DNA of 64,000 nt from Octopus sinensis (taxonomy: Eukaryota), in the NCBI RefSeq assembly GCF_006345805.1, contig NC_043011.1:2542001-2606000 (forward strand), read 5' to 3'. The notes below the pieces were generated by a model that had not been told where the DNA came from, did not search any database, and saw only the letters and a program-made list of their open reading frames with translations. The translations under genes were made by a program, and so were the position numbers. This document shows, piece after piece, positions 61,808 through 64,000 of this stretch (position 1 is the first letter of the stretch; each line of letters opens with the position of its first letter).

Positions 61808-64000
61808 GGTTCTTCTGTCCTGTGGGGTAATGAAGTATAGTATTTTATGTTTGAACTATACTGAATTATTATACATCATGGCTGGTTGTGACTAATATAT
61901 TGTTGTCAACTGATGTCTGATATATCATAACAGGCTATGAATAATGAATAGTATATAAATCCTTTTGTATATATATTTCTGTTAAAATAACAATGCCTTT
62001 CTTACAATTAACTTCATTAAAAACTTAAGAATTTAGTAAAACAATTTTGTTGTTATTAAGCTGGTGTTTGCAACATAAATTAACATGAAATTAAGATGGT
62101 AGGTTTTAATGAAGATCACTTTAAAAGACAAAGAATGTTTCACAGTCAGATGTGGTCACAGCTGGGTTGGCATCAAAAGAGTAAATGTTTGGAATGACTG
62201 AGGTATGAGATATCATGGTTGAAGATAACTTGGTTTACCTGGATTGAAGGTGGACAGAGACAGCGATATAGAATAATACTGGTTAAAAAGCTAAATATCT
62301 TGGCTTGTCAAGATGAATGATAGGGTGTGTCATTCCTCTGTAAAGACTAAATACTTAATATAATATCTGGTAGTGATATAATCACTTTCCTCAAGCTGTT
62401 GCAATCCATAATGAGACAGGAGCAGAGACCATTCCTTGCTGCTGGAACTCAGTTCATTTGGCACTCTCCTTTATTCACTGGTAGAATTTGGATCTAAATC
62501 TGATGACCCTTCTCCAAAGGATTTATAGTGTCTGAAAATCTTGTGTTTAATTCTTCTAAATATATGGCCGTCAGTCAGCAAGGAAGACGTTAGCATTAAA
62601 ACATTAATATAAAAATTAAATTACTGAAGAGACATTAAAACACAGAAGGCAGCAATGCAATACCACCAGGAGTTATGTTTTAGCATATATAAACCACTTA
62701 TAATATCCTTTGAGCTTAGAAGAGAAGCCATAACAGATTAATGGCTATAGAATTTGCATATTTATTTGCTATTTCTTCTCAACAGCTTTCTTTATTTGAC
62801 TATCATTTCAACTGAATGCAATTACCCAGTGGTTAAGAATAATATGCGCTCAATATGACTAACACTTAGGGATTGCATTATCTAACACCAACCAACAACT
62901 GGGTATCATCAAGCATTAATTAATTCAGATAGCAAAGCTATTTTTTGACATTTTAGTATTTTGTTATTGTTTAGATTTTTTTTTTAATCATCACTGTTAC
63001 TGAATGTTAATATTTAGAATTCTCATCCTATTTTGTTACTTTAGATAATTATTGTGTAGTATAATGTTGCAAAAGCTTCTTCTTCAGCCATGAGAAATGA
63101 CAATGGCTTTCTGAAGTTTAAATGTGTATATATGTTATTGTCATTTTCTTTCTTTCTTAATCTAGTTTGTTATAATCATTATATGAGATTCTTATTTTGA
63201 ACTTGTCTGATTATAGCGTTTTGTATTAAACACAACAATAAAAAGATAAGAGTTATTTAATAATGAAGATTTCAAAACAGAAAATTCTTCAATATTCAAT
63301 ACATAAAACATTTGCAATGACAACTAAATTATCAACAACAGAAACAACTGCTGAAACAAGCCCATAGATACACAGCATGGCAATATGTACATGCTGTACT
63401 ATTCAGCTCATATGATAAACTATGCACAATTAGAAAACACATTGAAGTTAATCTGCAATTTTGGAGGCCTTATGTATGTTTAATATTTACTTTGAATATT
63501 GTTATTGAAACTGTTACTTAGTTTGTCACCTGTTGAATTGTCTTTTAACTGATGAGATTACTACTCATGTATTCTCTAAAGCTTTTCTGTAAAGAAAGGC
63601 TGGTGCTATACATGTAAGGCTTGTGAAAGTTCATACATTGGACCATATATGTCAACAAATGATGCAAAATATCTCATACATTTAGTACATTATATTGTAC
63701 ATATAATTATAAAATTATATTGTACTATTGAATACTATAAACATAAACAACGATATTTCCCTCTCTGGCAAGAATGATTTAAAATACAAAACAAATTGAA
63801 ATAGCACTTTCCTGATAGAATGTAGTAACCGTATTACCTTCATCTGTTGTTGTTTAGTTCCAGGTCAGCCTTATGATACAGTTGACCAATAATCAAAATT
63901 ACCACGAGGAACTATATTTTGCAATGTATCATTCTCATTTAAGACAATAGTGTGATTTTAGAGAGATTTGACTGTTATTTAGAGCAAACTGGGTGTGTAG

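Noticed and set aside
62495-62555. CTGATGA...GAAAATCTTGTG as a hammerhead
   Set aside because: No valid NUH triplet or helix II closure. At best a highly decayed remnant.

Overview
AT-rich, repeat-dense eukaryotic DNA with no host gene I can confidently call. The repeat content (several tRNA-derived SINE families, RTE, CR1 and R4/Dong LINEs, Tc1/mariner, Helitron, and long TA, CA, TATG and AAT microsatellites) suggests a coleoid cephalopod, probably Octopus; this is an inference. The only long ORF is an intact RTE-clade LINE ORF with APE and RT domains (11293-14499, minus strand). Most other ORF-track entries are decayed transposon fragments or microsatellite and SINE artefacts. The most unusual signal is seven hammerhead-ribozyme (type I) motifs at five loci whose sequences look unrelated. 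Two loci are long head-to-head palindromes (529 bp and about 423 bp) with one hammerhead in each arm, so either strand encodes a ribozyme. Three of the five loci share an unusually long helix II, a tiny (pseudo)palindromic helix III and a GUA cleavage triplet. This points to Penelope-like or retrozyme-like non-autonomous elements. All alignments and foldings were done by eye, and no database was searched.
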